IMG/VR virus record: IMGVR_UViG_3300042257_000094
Location: 19,915 to 83,914 of that record
Source of the DNA: a virus
Taxonomy: Duplodnaviria; Caudoviricetes
Length of the DNA: 64,000 nucleotides
Strand: one strand, 5' to 3'
This document shows, piece after piece, positions 17,551 to 28,336 of this stretch. Position numbers and translations under genes: made by a program. The notes below the pieces were generated by a model. It was not told the DNA's origin, searched no databases, and saw only the letters and a list, made by a program, of their open reading frames with translations. Positions within the stretch are counted from its first letter, which is position 1, and every line of letters starts with the position of its first letter.

Positions 17551-18049
17551 TAATGATGATAAGAATAACAATAAAATCATTCCCAAATTAAATACAACGG
17601 AGTTATCAAACAATGATTATGGAGTTATGTTTTGGGAGGCCACTCACAAGTGCTTATATAGTTGTCCCATGTGGGAAGATTGCCCTTACGCCGGAGTATC
17701 TATTAAATGTGATCTTTGTTATAGATTTCTTAATGAAGTAAAGAACGCGATTATCGTTTCTTTGGAGGATAATCGGGTTCAAGAATACCAAAAACATTTC
17801 TTAGGGACGGGGCTGTTCTCTCTCTGGAATCAGTGGATGCAATTGGAAATTATTCGTATATCATTGGAGTCCCCTATGTATAATACACCAAAAGGAGAAC
17901 CTAAAGTTCATCCGGTTTATAAGGCGCAGCGGGAAGTTTTTGCAAGTATTAAGAATATATATGAATCTGTATTCGGTAAAGAAAAAGCACAACATATTGC
18001 GGATATAGATATCGGTGTAGATAGTTTAGAAAAAGCATTGAGATCATAA
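17537..18049 (+). CDS. putative terminase small subunit
   Basis: TPKGEPKVHPVYK resembles P27-type TerS; located upstream of TerL. Confidence 0.55.
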   Translation: MTMNNNDDKNNNKIIPKLNTTELSNNDYGVMFWEATHKCLYSCPMWEDCPYAGVSIKCDLCYRFLNEVKNAIIVSLEDNRVQEYQKHFLGTGLFSLWNQWMQLEIIRISLESPMYNTPKGEPKVHPVYKAQREVFASIKNIYESVFGKEKAQHIADIDIGVDSLEKALRS

Positions 18050-18061
18050 GGAGTAAGGTAT

Positions 18062-18256
18062 ATGACTTGCTATCGTAATGAAGAGCTAAGTGAGTTAGCT
18101 GGGATATATAAAGACAAACTGGAAGAGAGTCTTAATGAAGAGGGATACCCGGATGAACTACATTTTGAGGATGCGGGGGGAGAGGTAATTCGTTATTTGC
18201 GGGAGGGTGCATTTAACACAGATGATTATGACGAATATAAAATAGGGCGGTTGTAG
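18062..18256 (+). CDS. small acidic protein
   Basis: AAGGAG RBS. Confidence 0.5.
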   Translation: MTCYRNEELSELAGIYKDKLEESLNEEGYPDELHFEDAGGEVIRYLREGAFNTDDYDEYKIGRL

Positions 18257-18269
18257 GGAGATAATTTGT

Positions 18270-20234
18270 ATGACAACAGTAAAACAGTTATCTTCGGAGG
18301 AGTATATTAGACAAAGGGACTTAATTATTGATCAATATGAAAAACAGAATATAAGTGAAGAAATATGTATTCGTAAACTTCAAAATTTATATGCCAAGAG
18401 AGTTCCGCTTTATAGAAATGGTGGAACAGGATTTATTTTGTGGGCAGAAGAGAATGTCAGAGTTCTCGCGTATCTACCCGGAACATCTATTCTCAAACCC
18501 ACCTATCTTGCTGATTTGTCTCGTGAACCAGAGCCAATGACAGGAAGAACATGGTGGGATTTTTGGTGTTGGCAAAAAGATATTTGTCGGCAAGCGCTGA
18601 AACTTGACACAGACGGAAGACTCAAACATAACTTGGTTGTATTTTGTACAGAACGTGGTGAAGGAAAGTCCTTCATGGCGGTTCTTATTCTTTTGTGGAA
18701 ATTTACCGTATTCGCTAACCAACGTATATTTCTTGCGGCAAACTCAAAAGAACAGTCATCCTTTGCTCATCGTGAAGAAATGGATAAGATTATTAGAATT
18801 AGTCCGGTTCTACTTGCTCTTGTTGGAGGTGAAAAAAATATTCAGAAGAAAGAACTTGCAATCTATGATAGCCGGGGGTTGAAGATTTCGTTCATTACAA
18901 CCGTTTCTACTTTCACAGGTGTTCTTTCAAACGCAACAGGGTTCTCTTTTTCGGAGTTCTTCCAAGCAAAACCGGATGCCCCGTTCTTTAATGAAATCTA
19001 TACCTCCATGCGTAACACACCTAACGCATTAGGTGTTATTGATTCCACTGTATCAACAAGAGACCATAAGTTATATAAACTTTATGAGGCTATTCAGAAA
19101 GGAGAAAAAGGAACAGATAGTTGGTTCTTTTACTATAAGTGTAACCCCACTGCTGATGTGAACAAGTATATGTCTCCAGCAAATACACAGAAACAGCTTG
19201 ATGCCTTCCAAGCATCCACCGCAGCCAATCCAGTTGAATTTGATATGTTCTTCAAAAACACGTGGGATACAGCTCAGAAAGGCTTGTTCTCGGAAGAACT
19301 GGTAGATGCGTGTCATTATTTAGGTGCAAGTGGAAAACTACTGAATCAACAAGAGATAATGAAACAAAATGAAACATTAACTAAACATGTTTCAGATAAT
19401 GTGTATGCTGACTATCAAGGATTTGAAAAACGCTTTAATCAAGATATTGTATATTTTGACAAGAAGGCATTAAAAGATATCGATGAGTATATTGCTCCAT
19501 TGAATGAGATTGCTTATTTTGCCCCTGCGGATGCTGTTGCAAAACTTAGTGATCTTTTAGACACAGATTGGGCAATAGGACTTGGACTTGATAGAAGTGA
19601 CCCACTTGCAACTCGTTCTTCAGCACAGACAGTTTTAACTTGTGTTGCAAAAGGATTGCCTGGAAGTCGATCTAATCCACAGAAGTTTGTAGATATGTCA
19701 AAAGAAGATTATGACGCTCCTGATTATATTCATATTTTGATCGGTATTCATGTTTCTAGTAGTAGTAATAGTAATGACCTGCAAAAGATTATTAGTGAAT
19801 GGGCCGATGAATATAACGGTATCGAATCGTTTTCTTCTGACCGCTATGGTGTAAGTGATTTGGCGGGGTGGTTGACGAGTGAAGAAATTGTAGAAAAACC
19901 TGAAGTTGTTCATTTCTCACAACAGAAACAACAGGAAGTGTTTTCTATTCTCTATAACACCGTTGCCTATGGTAGATTCAAGATGCCAAGGATTCATATT
20001 GTTGGCGCAAAAGAAAGCGATATTCTTGTAGAGCAGCTCAAAAACTTTTCTGTTACTTATGATGGAAGAAAAGTGACTTATGGTAGTCCGGATAAAAAAC
20101 ACATGGGAGCGATTCAGGATGATGCTGTAGATGCACTTGCGATGGCTGTTTACGGCATGCGGTATTTGGGATTAGACGACTTTAGATCGGTAGACGGTTC
20201 TTTATTTTTTGGAACGTATATTCCCCCACAATAA
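18270..20234 (+). CDS. terL: terminase large subunit
   Basis: WQKD Q-motif, ERGEGKS Walker A, AANSKEQS, DST motif III, RNase H-like GLGLDRS and QDDAVDALAMA. Confidence 0.9.
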   Translation: MTTVKQLSSEEYIRQRDLIIDQYEKQNISEEICIRKLQNLYAKRVPLYRNGGTGFILWAEENVRVLAYLPGTSILKPTYLADLSREPEPMTGRTWWDFWCWQKDICRQALKLDTDGRLKHNLVVFCTERGEGKSFMAVLILLWKFTVFANQRIFLAANSKEQSSFAHREEMDKIIRISPVLLALVGGEKNIQKKELAIYDSRGLKISFITTVSTFTGVLSNATGFSFSEFFQAKPDAPFFNEIYTSMRNTPNALGVIDSTVSTRDHKLYKLYEAIQKGEKGTDSWFFYYKCNPTADVNKYMSPANTQKQLDAFQASTAANPVEFDMFFKNTWDTAQKGLFSEELVDACHYLGASGKLLNQQEIMKQNETLTKHVSDNVYADYQGFEKRFNQDIVYFDKKALKDIDEYIAPLNEIAYFAPADAVAKLSDLLDTDWAIGLGLDRSDPLATRSSAQTVLTCVAKGLPGSRSNPQKFVDMSKEDYDAPDYIHILIGIHVSSSSNSNDLQKIISEWADEYNGIESFSSDRYGVSDLAGWLTSEEIVEKPEVVHFSQQKQQEVFSILYNTVAYGRFKMPRIHIVGAKESDILVEQLKNFSVTYDGRKVTYGSPDKKHMGAIQDDAVDALAMAVYGMRYLGLDDFRSVDGSLFFGTYIPPQ

Positions 20235-20246
20235 CAAGGAAACTTT

Positions 20247-21470
20247 ATGCAAAAAGATTTTGTTCTCGACACGAATGTTCTTATTGATAATCCAAATGCT
20301 ATTGAAATTATTAGAAATGGAAAAGATGGAGGAGATGTAAATCATATCTGGATTCCTGAAACTGTATTGTCCGAACTTGATTCCCTTAAACGGAAAGATG
20401 GGTATAGGTCGGTAATAAAGAAAATAGCAGAGAACATTGAGAGAGGTATTGAGTATATTAATATTATCTATAATGAAACAGGCGGTCCATTAAACGATCC
20501 TTACATATACACGGATGTCTACGATAAGGCCGACGATAATATACTCTATTCAGTAATTGGTATTAAAGAGAAATACGGAACCGAAGCCATTCTTGTCACA
20601 AATGATAAATTAATGACAATCAAGGCACACTCTCTTGGTATTGAGGTACAGGATTTCAAAGAGAGCATTCCTTTTGACGAAGAACACAAACTTAATACGG
20701 GGTTTGTTGATTCAGTAGAAGAGTTTGAATATCCGAATACGTTTTGTTGGGATTCTGGAACTCTTATTATGAAAAAGAGAGATGATATAAAACCTATCAC
20801 ATACACACATCAAGTATGGAAGACCAATCCTAAACACTATACGCAGAACGCAGCATTTGAACTTCTATTGGATGGGGATATTGATTTGGTATCTATGTCC
20901 GCTTCTGCCGGGATGGGAAAGACACACTGTGCAGTTGCTTCTGCACTCCATCATGTTCTTGAGAAGAAGATGTATGATAAGATTTATATATTTAAGACAG
21001 TAGAAGATATTGGTCCTTCAATAGGATACCTTCCAGGCAGTCTCAATGAAAAACTGGAACCTTATGTAAAATATATTAAAAGCATGTTTTTCAAGTTACA
21101 TAAACTTAGGAAAGGTAATAACAAGGTGTTTTTAGATGAACAGACACTAAACCCCGAGTTTGTAGAGATTCTTCCTTTGACATATATTAGAGGAATGAAC
21201 ATCGACAATGCTTTTGTTATTATTGATGAAGCACAGAATATATCTAGACTCAATATGCGTTCCTTGTTGACTCGCATGGGGGATAATGTTAAATGTGTTG
21301 TGTGTGGCGATCCCGATCAAGTCGATAATCCGAATTTGAACACAAAGAATAATGGACTTAATTGGATTATCAAATTGTTTAGTGGAGAGAAAAACTACGG
21401 ACATATTACTTTAGGAGGAAATAAAAGTCGTGGACCCATATGTGATATGGTATTGAAAAATAAATTATAG
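20247..21470 (+). CDS. phoH: PIN-PhoH (PhoH2-type) protein
   Basis: VLDTNVLI...ELD...ADDNIL...LVTND PIN domain; AGMGKT, IGYLPG, YIRG, IIDEAQN, GDPDQVD. Confidence 0.9.
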   Translation: MQKDFVLDTNVLIDNPNAIEIIRNGKDGGDVNHIWIPETVLSELDSLKRKDGYRSVIKKIAENIERGIEYINIIYNETGGPLNDPYIYTDVYDKADDNILYSVIGIKEKYGTEAILVTNDKLMTIKAHSLGIEVQDFKESIPFDEEHKLNTGFVDSVEEFEYPNTFCWDSGTLIMKKRDDIKPITYTHQVWKTNPKHYTQNAAFELLLDGDIDLVSMSASAGMGKTHCAVASALHHVLEKKMYDKIYIFKTVEDIGPSIGYLPGSLNEKLEPYVKYIKSMFFKLHKLRKGNNKVFLDEQTLNPEFVEILPLTYIRGMNIDNAFVIIDEAQNISRLNMRSLLTRMGDNVKCVVCGDPDQVDNPNLNTKNNGLNWIIKLFSGEKNYGHITLGGNKSRGPICDMVLKNKL

Positions 21471-21593
21471 AAAAATAGAAAAAATATATAAAAATAAAAT
21501 AAAACTTGACTTTTTGTGAGGAAATTGGTATAATGTCGCCAGTTTCCTCATAATTTTTATAAAAGGAGAAATAGCTTGATAAACGAAAATACA

Positions 21594-23183
21594 ATGACTT
21601 ATGAAGACCGACTTAATTATCTGAGTAATATGTCTGATGATGAGTTTATGCAGAAGGGAATGTTCACGATGGCGTTTAATTCAAATGATCCTTCTGGAGA
21701 TATATCATCTTTGAGGACATTTGGAACCGCTGATTACTCCAATTATGGTATTCGGGAACTTCAGGCAGAGTTATGGTCTGCTTTTAATAATAACCCACAA
21801 GTATCATCTGCTGTGCGAGATTATGTGGGAAGAATGGTGGGGTTTGGATTTGAAGCTTACTCAGAGATTCCGGACATTCAAGAGAAAATTGAAGAAATTT
21901 CTTTTGATTATCGTAATCGTCTTCCTGCCATGCTTCCTAAATATGTAGGACGTTCTCAGATTGAAGGGGAACTTTTCCTTGTTCTTACCGTACATTCTGA
22001 TGGTTTTGTAGAGATTGATTTCCGCGACCCATCTACGCTTGACACTATTGGGTATGATAATAGTGGTATTATTTTCCATCCACGAAAACCCGCCATGCCT
22101 CTTGCTTATCAGTTTGTATACCAAGGGGAGGATTCTCAGCAGCATTATGAACTTATTCCTAGTGTATATGTAGCGCGATATCCTGAAATGAAAAAACTGC
22201 TTGAGAATGATATTCACTATCAGGAATCATATATTAGTGAAAGTAAAACTACTAATAGAAAATTTAACAAGGTTGGTGGGTATAGGCGATTTGTAATTCA
22301 ATGGGATCGTGGTTGGTTAACATCTCGCAATCTGTCGTATATCCGAACCGTTCTCACTTGGGTTAATCTTTATGAACAACTTAAAACGTACGAAATTAAC
22401 CATAAAAAGAGCGCAGGATCATACCTGTGGGTACTTGAACCCGAAGACTTGAAGACTTTTAGGGCGTGGGTTGCCATGTCCGATGAAGAGAGAAAGAAGA
22501 CGGGAATTATGCAAAAGAAGGAAGCAGGGGGTACTCTTATTGTTCCTCCGGGGTTTAAGTTGAAAGCGATTACGCCCAATCTTCCGCGCATCTCTGACTC
22601 CGATACGGACATTTTAGACTTTATTACTTCTGGTCTAAATACTACAGAAGATTCTCTTATGGGACGTAGTAATAGAAATAAGAGTTCTCTTTCTGAAACA
22701 CATGGAACTCAAACGGATAGAATTAAAGATGAACTTGCCAATCTAGAAAGATTCCTTCGATTTGATTTTTGGGGCAACATTCTTTTTCTTTCTGCGGCGG
22801 TAGATAGTTCTTTTAAATATGAATATAAGATTAAAAAGGCTGTTGATTTCAATAAGAACACCAAAGAACCTGTTTTTAAGTTTAAGAAATTCAACGCAGA
22901 ACGTCTTGTTGACTTTGCTTTCCCACAATCGCAGAATAGTGGTGTAGAAGAAACTGTTAGGGCATATCTTGGCAGTAAACATGGACCTATTACTAAATCT
23001 CTTGGTATCCCGGCACAAGAAGTATCCCGTAGGTTAGGATTTAGTTCTTACCGGGAACTTAGACTTCGTAAAGCAGAAGAGGATGCATTCTACCCCGAAC
23101 TCAAATATGGCGTAGACGAAGAATCTGTTCAGGAGCAAGAGGAAGTCGAGAACTCAGTTACGACGCAAGAGAACGAGCAGTAA
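21594..23183 (+). CDS. portal protein
   Basis: ~530 aa between TerL and protease; IEGELFLVL; start uncertain (21576 or 21594). Confidence 0.7.
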   Translation: MTYEDRLNYLSNMSDDEFMQKGMFTMAFNSNDPSGDISSLRTFGTADYSNYGIRELQAELWSAFNNNPQVSSAVRDYVGRMVGFGFEAYSEIPDIQEKIEEISFDYRNRLPAMLPKYVGRSQIEGELFLVLTVHSDGFVEIDFRDPSTLDTIGYDNSGIIFHPRKPAMPLAYQFVYQGEDSQQHYELIPSVYVARYPEMKKLLENDIHYQESYISESKTTNRKFNKVGGYRRFVIQWDRGWLTSRNLSYIRTVLTWVNLYEQLKTYEINHKKSAGSYLWVLEPEDLKTFRAWVAMSDEERKKTGIMQKKEAGGTLIVPPGFKLKAITPNLPRISDSDTDILDFITSGLNTTEDSLMGRSNRNKSSLSETHGTQTDRIKDELANLERFLRFDFWGNILFLSAAVDSSFKYEYKIKKAVDFNKNTKEPVFKFKKFNAERLVDFAFPQSQNSGVEETVRAYLGSKHGPITKSLGIPAQEVSRRLGFSSYRELRLRKAEEDAFYPELKYGVDEESVQEQEEVENSVTTQENEQ

Positions 23184-23185
23184 CC

Positions 23186-23314
23186 GTGGGAAAAATTAAA
23201 GGTATAGTAAACGACGAAGGACGAACTTGCACCGTGTGCGGTGAATTTAAGATGTGGGATGAGTTTTATGATTATAAAAGAGGCACTAGAGGTAAGGAAA
23301 AAAATAATAGATAA
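23186..23314 (+). pseudogene. truncated HNH endonuclease N-terminus
   Basis: VNDEGRTCTVCGEFKMWDEFY matches INEDGRTCNVCGKFKSWNNFY of ORF 26620. Confidence 0.75.
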
Positions 23315-23418
23315 AAAATAAAAAAAGTTATAAAAAGACTTGACAAACACATAATATTTTGATATAATACGCTATATCATTTATTCGTGAAAAATTCCCA
23401 ATTTAATAAGGAAAACAA

Positions 23419-24586
23419 TATGCCAGATAAATTTAAGGAAGTCCCTAAAGGGGCACTAAACCTGATTACAGAGAAAGATGCACACTGCTCTTTCTCTGTT
23501 AATGAAGGCGAAGAGTCCACGACAGATAACTTCAAGATGGTAGGGTATAGCGGTAAGATTATTCCTCAACATTGGTTTTGGGGAAACCTTGCATTTGATT
23601 TAGATGGTTTCAAGTTCAATAAAGAGAAGTTTCCGATTCTTTGGGCACATGATGATAGAGATATGGATAATCTTCTTGGTTATTCCACTACACCTAAGAT
23701 TACAGATGAGGGACTTGTATTTACACAAGACGAAGTTACTTTTGTAGATAACGAACGCGTAACTCAATTTAAGGAATACTCTCGTAAGGGCGTTCCTTTT
23801 CAGGCTTCTATTCGTGGTAATCCTACTCGTATCGAGTATATTGAAGAAGGGGCTACCACTGAAGTCAATGGATATGAATTTGTCGGTCCCGGGCATATTT
23901 GGCGCGAAACAGAACTGGTAGAGTGTTCTGTGTGCCTGTTCGGCGCAGATGGAAATACTTCTTCACTTGTATTTACAGAGGATAAAGGGGAAATGGTGGA
24001 GCTAGATGCTTCTATTTTTATTTCATCCCCGAATGAGAATGGAAATCAAAATCACAACACGGAGAAAACTATGGATTATCTCACTTTCCGCAAGGAGCAT
24101 CCAGAAGAAGCAAAGAAATTTACTGAGCTTGTTCTTGAGGATGCACAGAATAAGTTTGAATCTGAGAAGAGGGAACTTATCAAGGAATACGGTGAAAAGG
24201 AAAAGGAATTTGCTGAAAAGGTTGAAGAACTTGAAGCAAAGGTGAAAGAGTACGAAAAAGAAAAACTTATTTTTGAAGAAAATTCCCGCAAGGAATTTGC
24301 TGAGAGGGTTTGGGGCGAAAAGCTGAAGGAAGCTGAAATTCCCGAACGCCTCCATGAAAAGGTCAAGGCTTTTGTTTCTGCTGAAAAGTTCGTTGGTGAA
24401 GACGGTTTTGACAAGGACTCCTTTGTTGCCGCTGTTGACAAGGAAATCGAATTTTGGGCCGAAACCAAGGAAGAGGAAAAGATTCAGGGTTCTGGTTCTT
24501 TCTCCAAGAAGCCCGTTTCTGAAAATGAATTTGGCGAAAAAGAAGCAGAAGATGCTGCCGATGCGCTGCTTTCTTTTGTACGCTAA
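23419..24586 (+). CDS. prohead protease-scaffold fusion
   Basis: PILWAHD, FQASIRG, ELVECSVCLFGAD (herpes-like/S78 protease); C-terminal charged coiled coil; promoter at 23339. Confidence 0.8.
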
Positions 24587-24605
24587 TATATAAAGGAGAA
24601 TAATT

Positions 24606-25292
24606 ATGGCTATTACTGTTGCTGATGTTGTGACCTACGGCGATACTCCGCAAATTAATCGTGGTGTTCAGTACGATCAGGTCCATTTATATACTGATGG
24701 GTTTCCCAATGATGCTACTATGTTCGCTTCTATTAAAATGAAAGCGGGATATGGCTGGATAGAAGCAGGAACTGTTGTTGCTGAGGATGCTAATGGTGAG
24801 TTCGTTCCTTACGTTCCTACTACTTATTCGGATAACGTAGCAGTTTCCCCTCTCGTTGCAGATCATACTGCTGAGACTGCCACTGTTCAGGTTTCCGAAC
24901 TTGAATCTGGTAAATATGCAGTTGGTGATGTGATCGTTCTTGCTAACGATGACCCCGATTATCTTGATGGTGGTGCTATTACGGATATTTCTGTTGCTAA
25001 TGGTATCGCTACTATTACCTTCACTAATGCTTCCGGTGTGGGTGCAGATTTTACTACTGCAAAGAGCGCACATATTTACGTGAAGACAGGTGCCTCCGGT
25101 AAGTTTTCTACTGCCGTATGTATCATTGATAAGCCTGTTGATACTGGTGTCGGTTCTAATGCGCTTGGCGCACAGGCTTCCGCTGTTGTTGCAAATGCCG
25201 TTATGTATGCGGCTCCTATGTTTAACCTCGATTCTGCTGCTCTCACCGCTCTTGGTGTAGCAAAGTTCAGCAATCGTGCATATATTAAGTAA
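24606..25292 (+). CDS. head decoration protein
   Basis: Between protease and MCP; GYGWIEAGTVV...FVPY is lambda gpD-like. Confidence 0.7.
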   Translation: MAITVADVVTYGDTPQINRGVQYDQVHLYTDGFPNDATMFASIKMKAGYGWIEAGTVVAEDANGEFVPYVPTTYSDNVAVSPLVADHTAETATVQVSELESGKYAVGDVIVLANDDPDYLDGGAITDISVANGIATITFTNASGVGADFTTAKSAHIYVKTGASGKFSTAVCIIDKPVDTGVGSNALGAQASAVVANAVMYAAPMFNLDSAALTALGVAKFSNRAYIK

Positions 25293-25304
25293 GGAGATAT
25301 AACT

Positions 25305-26561
25305 ATGCCCAAGGGTTCCGTTATTCCAGAGTTGCACCTTAGCACTCTTCAAAAGTTTATCGAAAAATCCCAGACTCCACCTTCTATGGTGCTGTCTAAT
25401 ATGTTCCCTACTAACAACGCGCCTAGCGACACAATAGAATGGGAAAGCCGCTACGGTTCTGCTGAAATGATTCCCTTCGTTGCTCGTGGCTCTCGTGGTC
25501 CTAGCTTCGGTGATGATGGTGTTGGTAAGCACTCCATGAAAGCAGCTTATTTTGCCACCGACAAATTCTACGGGGAGGAGTTCCTTAATAACCTCCGTCA
25601 GCCCGGTACTCGTGAGCAGAAGATGTCCGGTCAGTCTGAGATTGCTCGAGGTATGTCTCGCATGATGAACGCCGTTGATCGTCGCAGAGAGTACATGTTC
25701 AGTAAAATGCTGTTCGACGGGTCAATGTCTTACACTATCAAGGGTTCCTCTGCTGCCCCCACTTTTGCCTCTGTGTCTTGGGGTATTCCTACCTCTCATC
25801 AAGTCACTCTTGGCTCTACCTCTTATTGGTATGGTACTTCTGCCGAAACTGCTGACCGCGATGTTTTTGCAGACGTATTTAACCTCAAGAACAGGCTTGC
25901 TGATTCCCTTGAGATGGAAGTTACTTCTCTCAATATGTTCCTTAACTCTCGACTTCTACAATCTCTTGTTAAGGATTCTGGTATTCGTGATCTGGTTCAG
26001 ACTCAGAATATCTCCGAAGCCCAACTTGTGAATAATCCTGCTGGCACCATTGCTCAGATTCTCGGTGTCGGCTCTATTACTCCTTATGATGCCTCTTACA
26101 CCATCACCAGCCCTCTTGCACAGGCTTATACCTCCGGTACTACTATCTACGTTACTTCCCCTGAAGATTTCGTAGTGGGTGGTGAGGTTTGGCTCAAGAG
26201 TGGAGTTGACGGCGCAGCCGGTCCTCGTGCCACCATCACTGCGGTTAATATGGCTACTGGTGCTATCACTATTAGTGCGGCTCTTACTGGTGTTACTGGT
26301 ATTCCATTCAAGTCTCAACTTGCTATGCGCCAGTTCTTCTTAAGTCCTAAGAAGATTGTAGCAGTCGTGCCTAATGTTGATGGTACGCCTATTGCTGAAA
26401 TGATGCAAGCCCCTCACGGCAATGCTGGTATCTATGGTAAGCGTATGCGTACTAAGATGGAAGAGTATCCTGATGGTCAACGTCTGATCATGGAGGACCT
26501 CTGCTTGCCCACGCTTTATTATCCTGCTGCTGTTTACCAACTGACTGTCCACGAAGACTAA
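25305..26561 (+). CDS. major capsid protein (lambda gpE-like HK97 fold)
   Basis: LSNMFP...IEWE...MIPFV...RRREYM...LPTLYYP; high-expression codon bias; strong terminator follows. Confidence 0.85.
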   Translation: MPKGSVIPELHLSTLQKFIEKSQTPPSMVLSNMFPTNNAPSDTIEWESRYGSAEMIPFVARGSRGPSFGDDGVGKHSMKAAYFATDKFYGEEFLNNLRQPGTREQKMSGQSEIARGMSRMMNAVDRRREYMFSKMLFDGSMSYTIKGSSAAPTFASVSWGIPTSHQVTLGSTSYWYGTSAETADRDVFADVFNLKNRLADSLEMEVTSLNMFLNSRLLQSLVKDSGIRDLVQTQNISEAQLVNNPAGTIAQILGVGSITPYDASYTITSPLAQAYTSGTTIYVTSPEDFVVGGEVWLKSGVDGAAGPRATITAVNMATGAITISAALTGVTGIPFKSQLAMRQFFLSPKKIVAVVPNVDGTPIAEMMQAPHGNAGIYGKRMRTKMEEYPDGQRLIMEDLCLPTLYYPAAVYQLTVHED

Positions 26562-26568
26562 TTAAAAT

Positions 26569-26602
26569 AATAATGGGAGGGGTGAAATTCCCCTCCCATT
26601 AT
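26569..26602 (+). terminator. terminator after MCP
   Basis: AATAATGGGAGGGG/CCCCTCCCATTATT hairpin. Confidence 0.8.
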
Positions 26603-26619
26603 TGATAGGATTTTATTAA

Positions 26620-27579
26620 ATGGAAGTTATTATAAATGAAGATGGAAGAACCTGCAATGTATGTGGTAAGTTTAAATCATGGAATAACTTTTATAAAAAA
26701 TCAGGTGTTAGTACCGGAAGAGAAGCTAGATGTAAGGCATGTAGAAAAGAATATTTTGATAGTAGAAAAGATTTAAAGAAAGAATACGATAAAGTCTATA
26801 ATATAGGTAATAGAGATAGAAGAAAAGTATTAAATAGTCAATATTATATAGATCATAGGGAGGAAAGATTAGAATACCATAGAGAATATCGAATGGATAA
26901 TAAAGATAAAATAGCATCTCGAAAAAAAGAAAGATATAATGAAAATCCAGAATTATATCGAGAAAAGGCTAGGGAGTATTATAAGAATAATCCAGAGTCC
27001 TACGCATCCCAGAGAAAATGGTATGGAGAATCCCCTGCTAAGTTTAAAACTTATGGACACAGATTACTTATTCAAGAAGACGAACCTACAGAAACAAAAG
27101 ACGGATATATTGAAGTAAAATGTGCGCATTGTGAACGAAGATATATACCAAATACTAGAAGTGTCAGGAATAGAATTTGGGCATTAAATGAAGACAACGG
27201 GACAGAGAATAGATTTTACTGTTCGGAAGAATGTAAGATAGAATGTTCAGTTTATAGAAAACAAACATATCCAGAGGGATTCAAAAAGCCTCGCAAAAGA
27301 GAGTGCGGTGCTGAAATCCGAAAAATGGTACTAGAAAGAGATAATAACACTTGCCAATACTGTAACAAACAATTTGATGAAAAAGATTTAATTGCTCACC
27401 ATGAAAACCCGGTAGCTTGCTCTCCAATGGAGCAAGCGGATATACATAATATTAAAACCGCATGTAAGCGGTGTCATATTGATATTCATACAAACACACC
27501 GGGAATGGGGTACGGTGAATTAGCAAAGACGGCATTAATTAACGAAGAGATTATTGAAACCTTAAAAGGAGAAAATTAA
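26620..27579 (+). CDS. HNH homing endonuclease (paralog of 9184)
   Basis: Shares YCSEECK, ERD.TCQ.C, AHH.NPV.CSPMEQ.DI.N...CK.CH. Confidence 0.9.
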   Translation: MEVIINEDGRTCNVCGKFKSWNNFYKKSGVSTGREARCKACRKEYFDSRKDLKKEYDKVYNIGNRDRRKVLNSQYYIDHREERLEYHREYRMDNKDKIASRKKERYNENPELYREKAREYYKNNPESYASQRKWYGESPAKFKTYGHRLLIQEDEPTETKDGYIEVKCAHCERRYIPNTRSVRNRIWALNEDNGTENRFYCSEECKIECSVYRKQTYPEGFKKPRKRECGAEIRKMVLERDNNTCQYCNKQFDEKDLIAHHENPVACSPMEQADIHNIKTACKRCHIDIHTNTPGMGYGELAKTALINEEIIETLKGEN

Positions 27580-27580
27580 A

Positions 27581-27871
27581 GTGAAGGTAAAGACACTTAA
27601 AACTGTTTCTGCATTTGGAGAAACCATTACCAAAGACAGTCTTTTTGAAGGTGATATTAAAGATTTCCCTAAGTGTATTCAAAAAGAAATCGAAGTTGGT
27701 TCATCTACTGTAGAAATCCTTGAAAAAGAAAATAAGAAAGAAGAAGTAAAAGAAGAACCTAAAGAAGAACCTAAAGAAGAACCTAAAGAAGCCTCCAAAG
27801 AAGAAAAGAAACCTGAGCCTAAGACCGTAAAGAAAGGTCGCCCGAAGAAAAAGGTCGCCTCTAAGAAATAA
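27581..27871 (+). CDS. small protein with KEEP repeats
   Basis: AAGGAG RBS; 12-bp tandem repeats. Confidence 0.6.
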   Translation: MKVKTLKTVSAFGETITKDSLFEGDIKDFPKCIQKEIEVGSSTVEILEKENKKEEVKEEPKEEPKEEPKEASKEEKKPEPKTVKKGRPKKKVASKK

Positions 27872-27890
27872 ATAGATATGGGGAAGGAAA

Positions 27891-28334
27891 ATGGCATCGA
27901 CTATTGCAGATATATCCACGAATGTTCAAATTGAATTAGGTGAAATTAAAGATAGCCTAACTCAGGAAGAAATAACTAGAGCTATAAACAAGGCTATTAT
28001 AGAATTAGGATATTCCTTCCCTGTTGCGGGACTAAAAGAGTATTGGCTTATCAATCGGTCTAAAAGGCATTGTGTCGAGATTCTTCTTTTAGGGGAATCG
28101 GAGAATTTTCAGTTTAATAAATTACATCTTCAACAAGCCTTTGAACACCTTAAATCACTTATTACTTATTACGATAAGGAGTTCTTACAGGCACAGGAAG
28201 CTCAGCCGGAACTATTTCCTAACCTCACTGCTGATCTTCCCAACCCCGCAGATATGTTTGGTGTATATATAGGAAATGGATTTGTATATTCTCCTACTGG
28301 AAAGGATATTACGTATTTGGAAGAGGATAATTAA
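27891..28334 (+). CDS. putative head-tail adaptor
   Basis: Position after MCP; helical. Confidence 0.5.
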   Translation: MASTIADISTNVQIELGEIKDSLTQEEITRAINKAIIELGYSFPVAGLKEYWLINRSKRHCVEILLLGESENFQFNKLHLQQAFEHLKSLITYYDKEFLQAQEAQPELFPNLTADLPNPADMFGVYIGNGFVYSPTGKDITYLEEDN

Positions 28335-28336
28335 CA

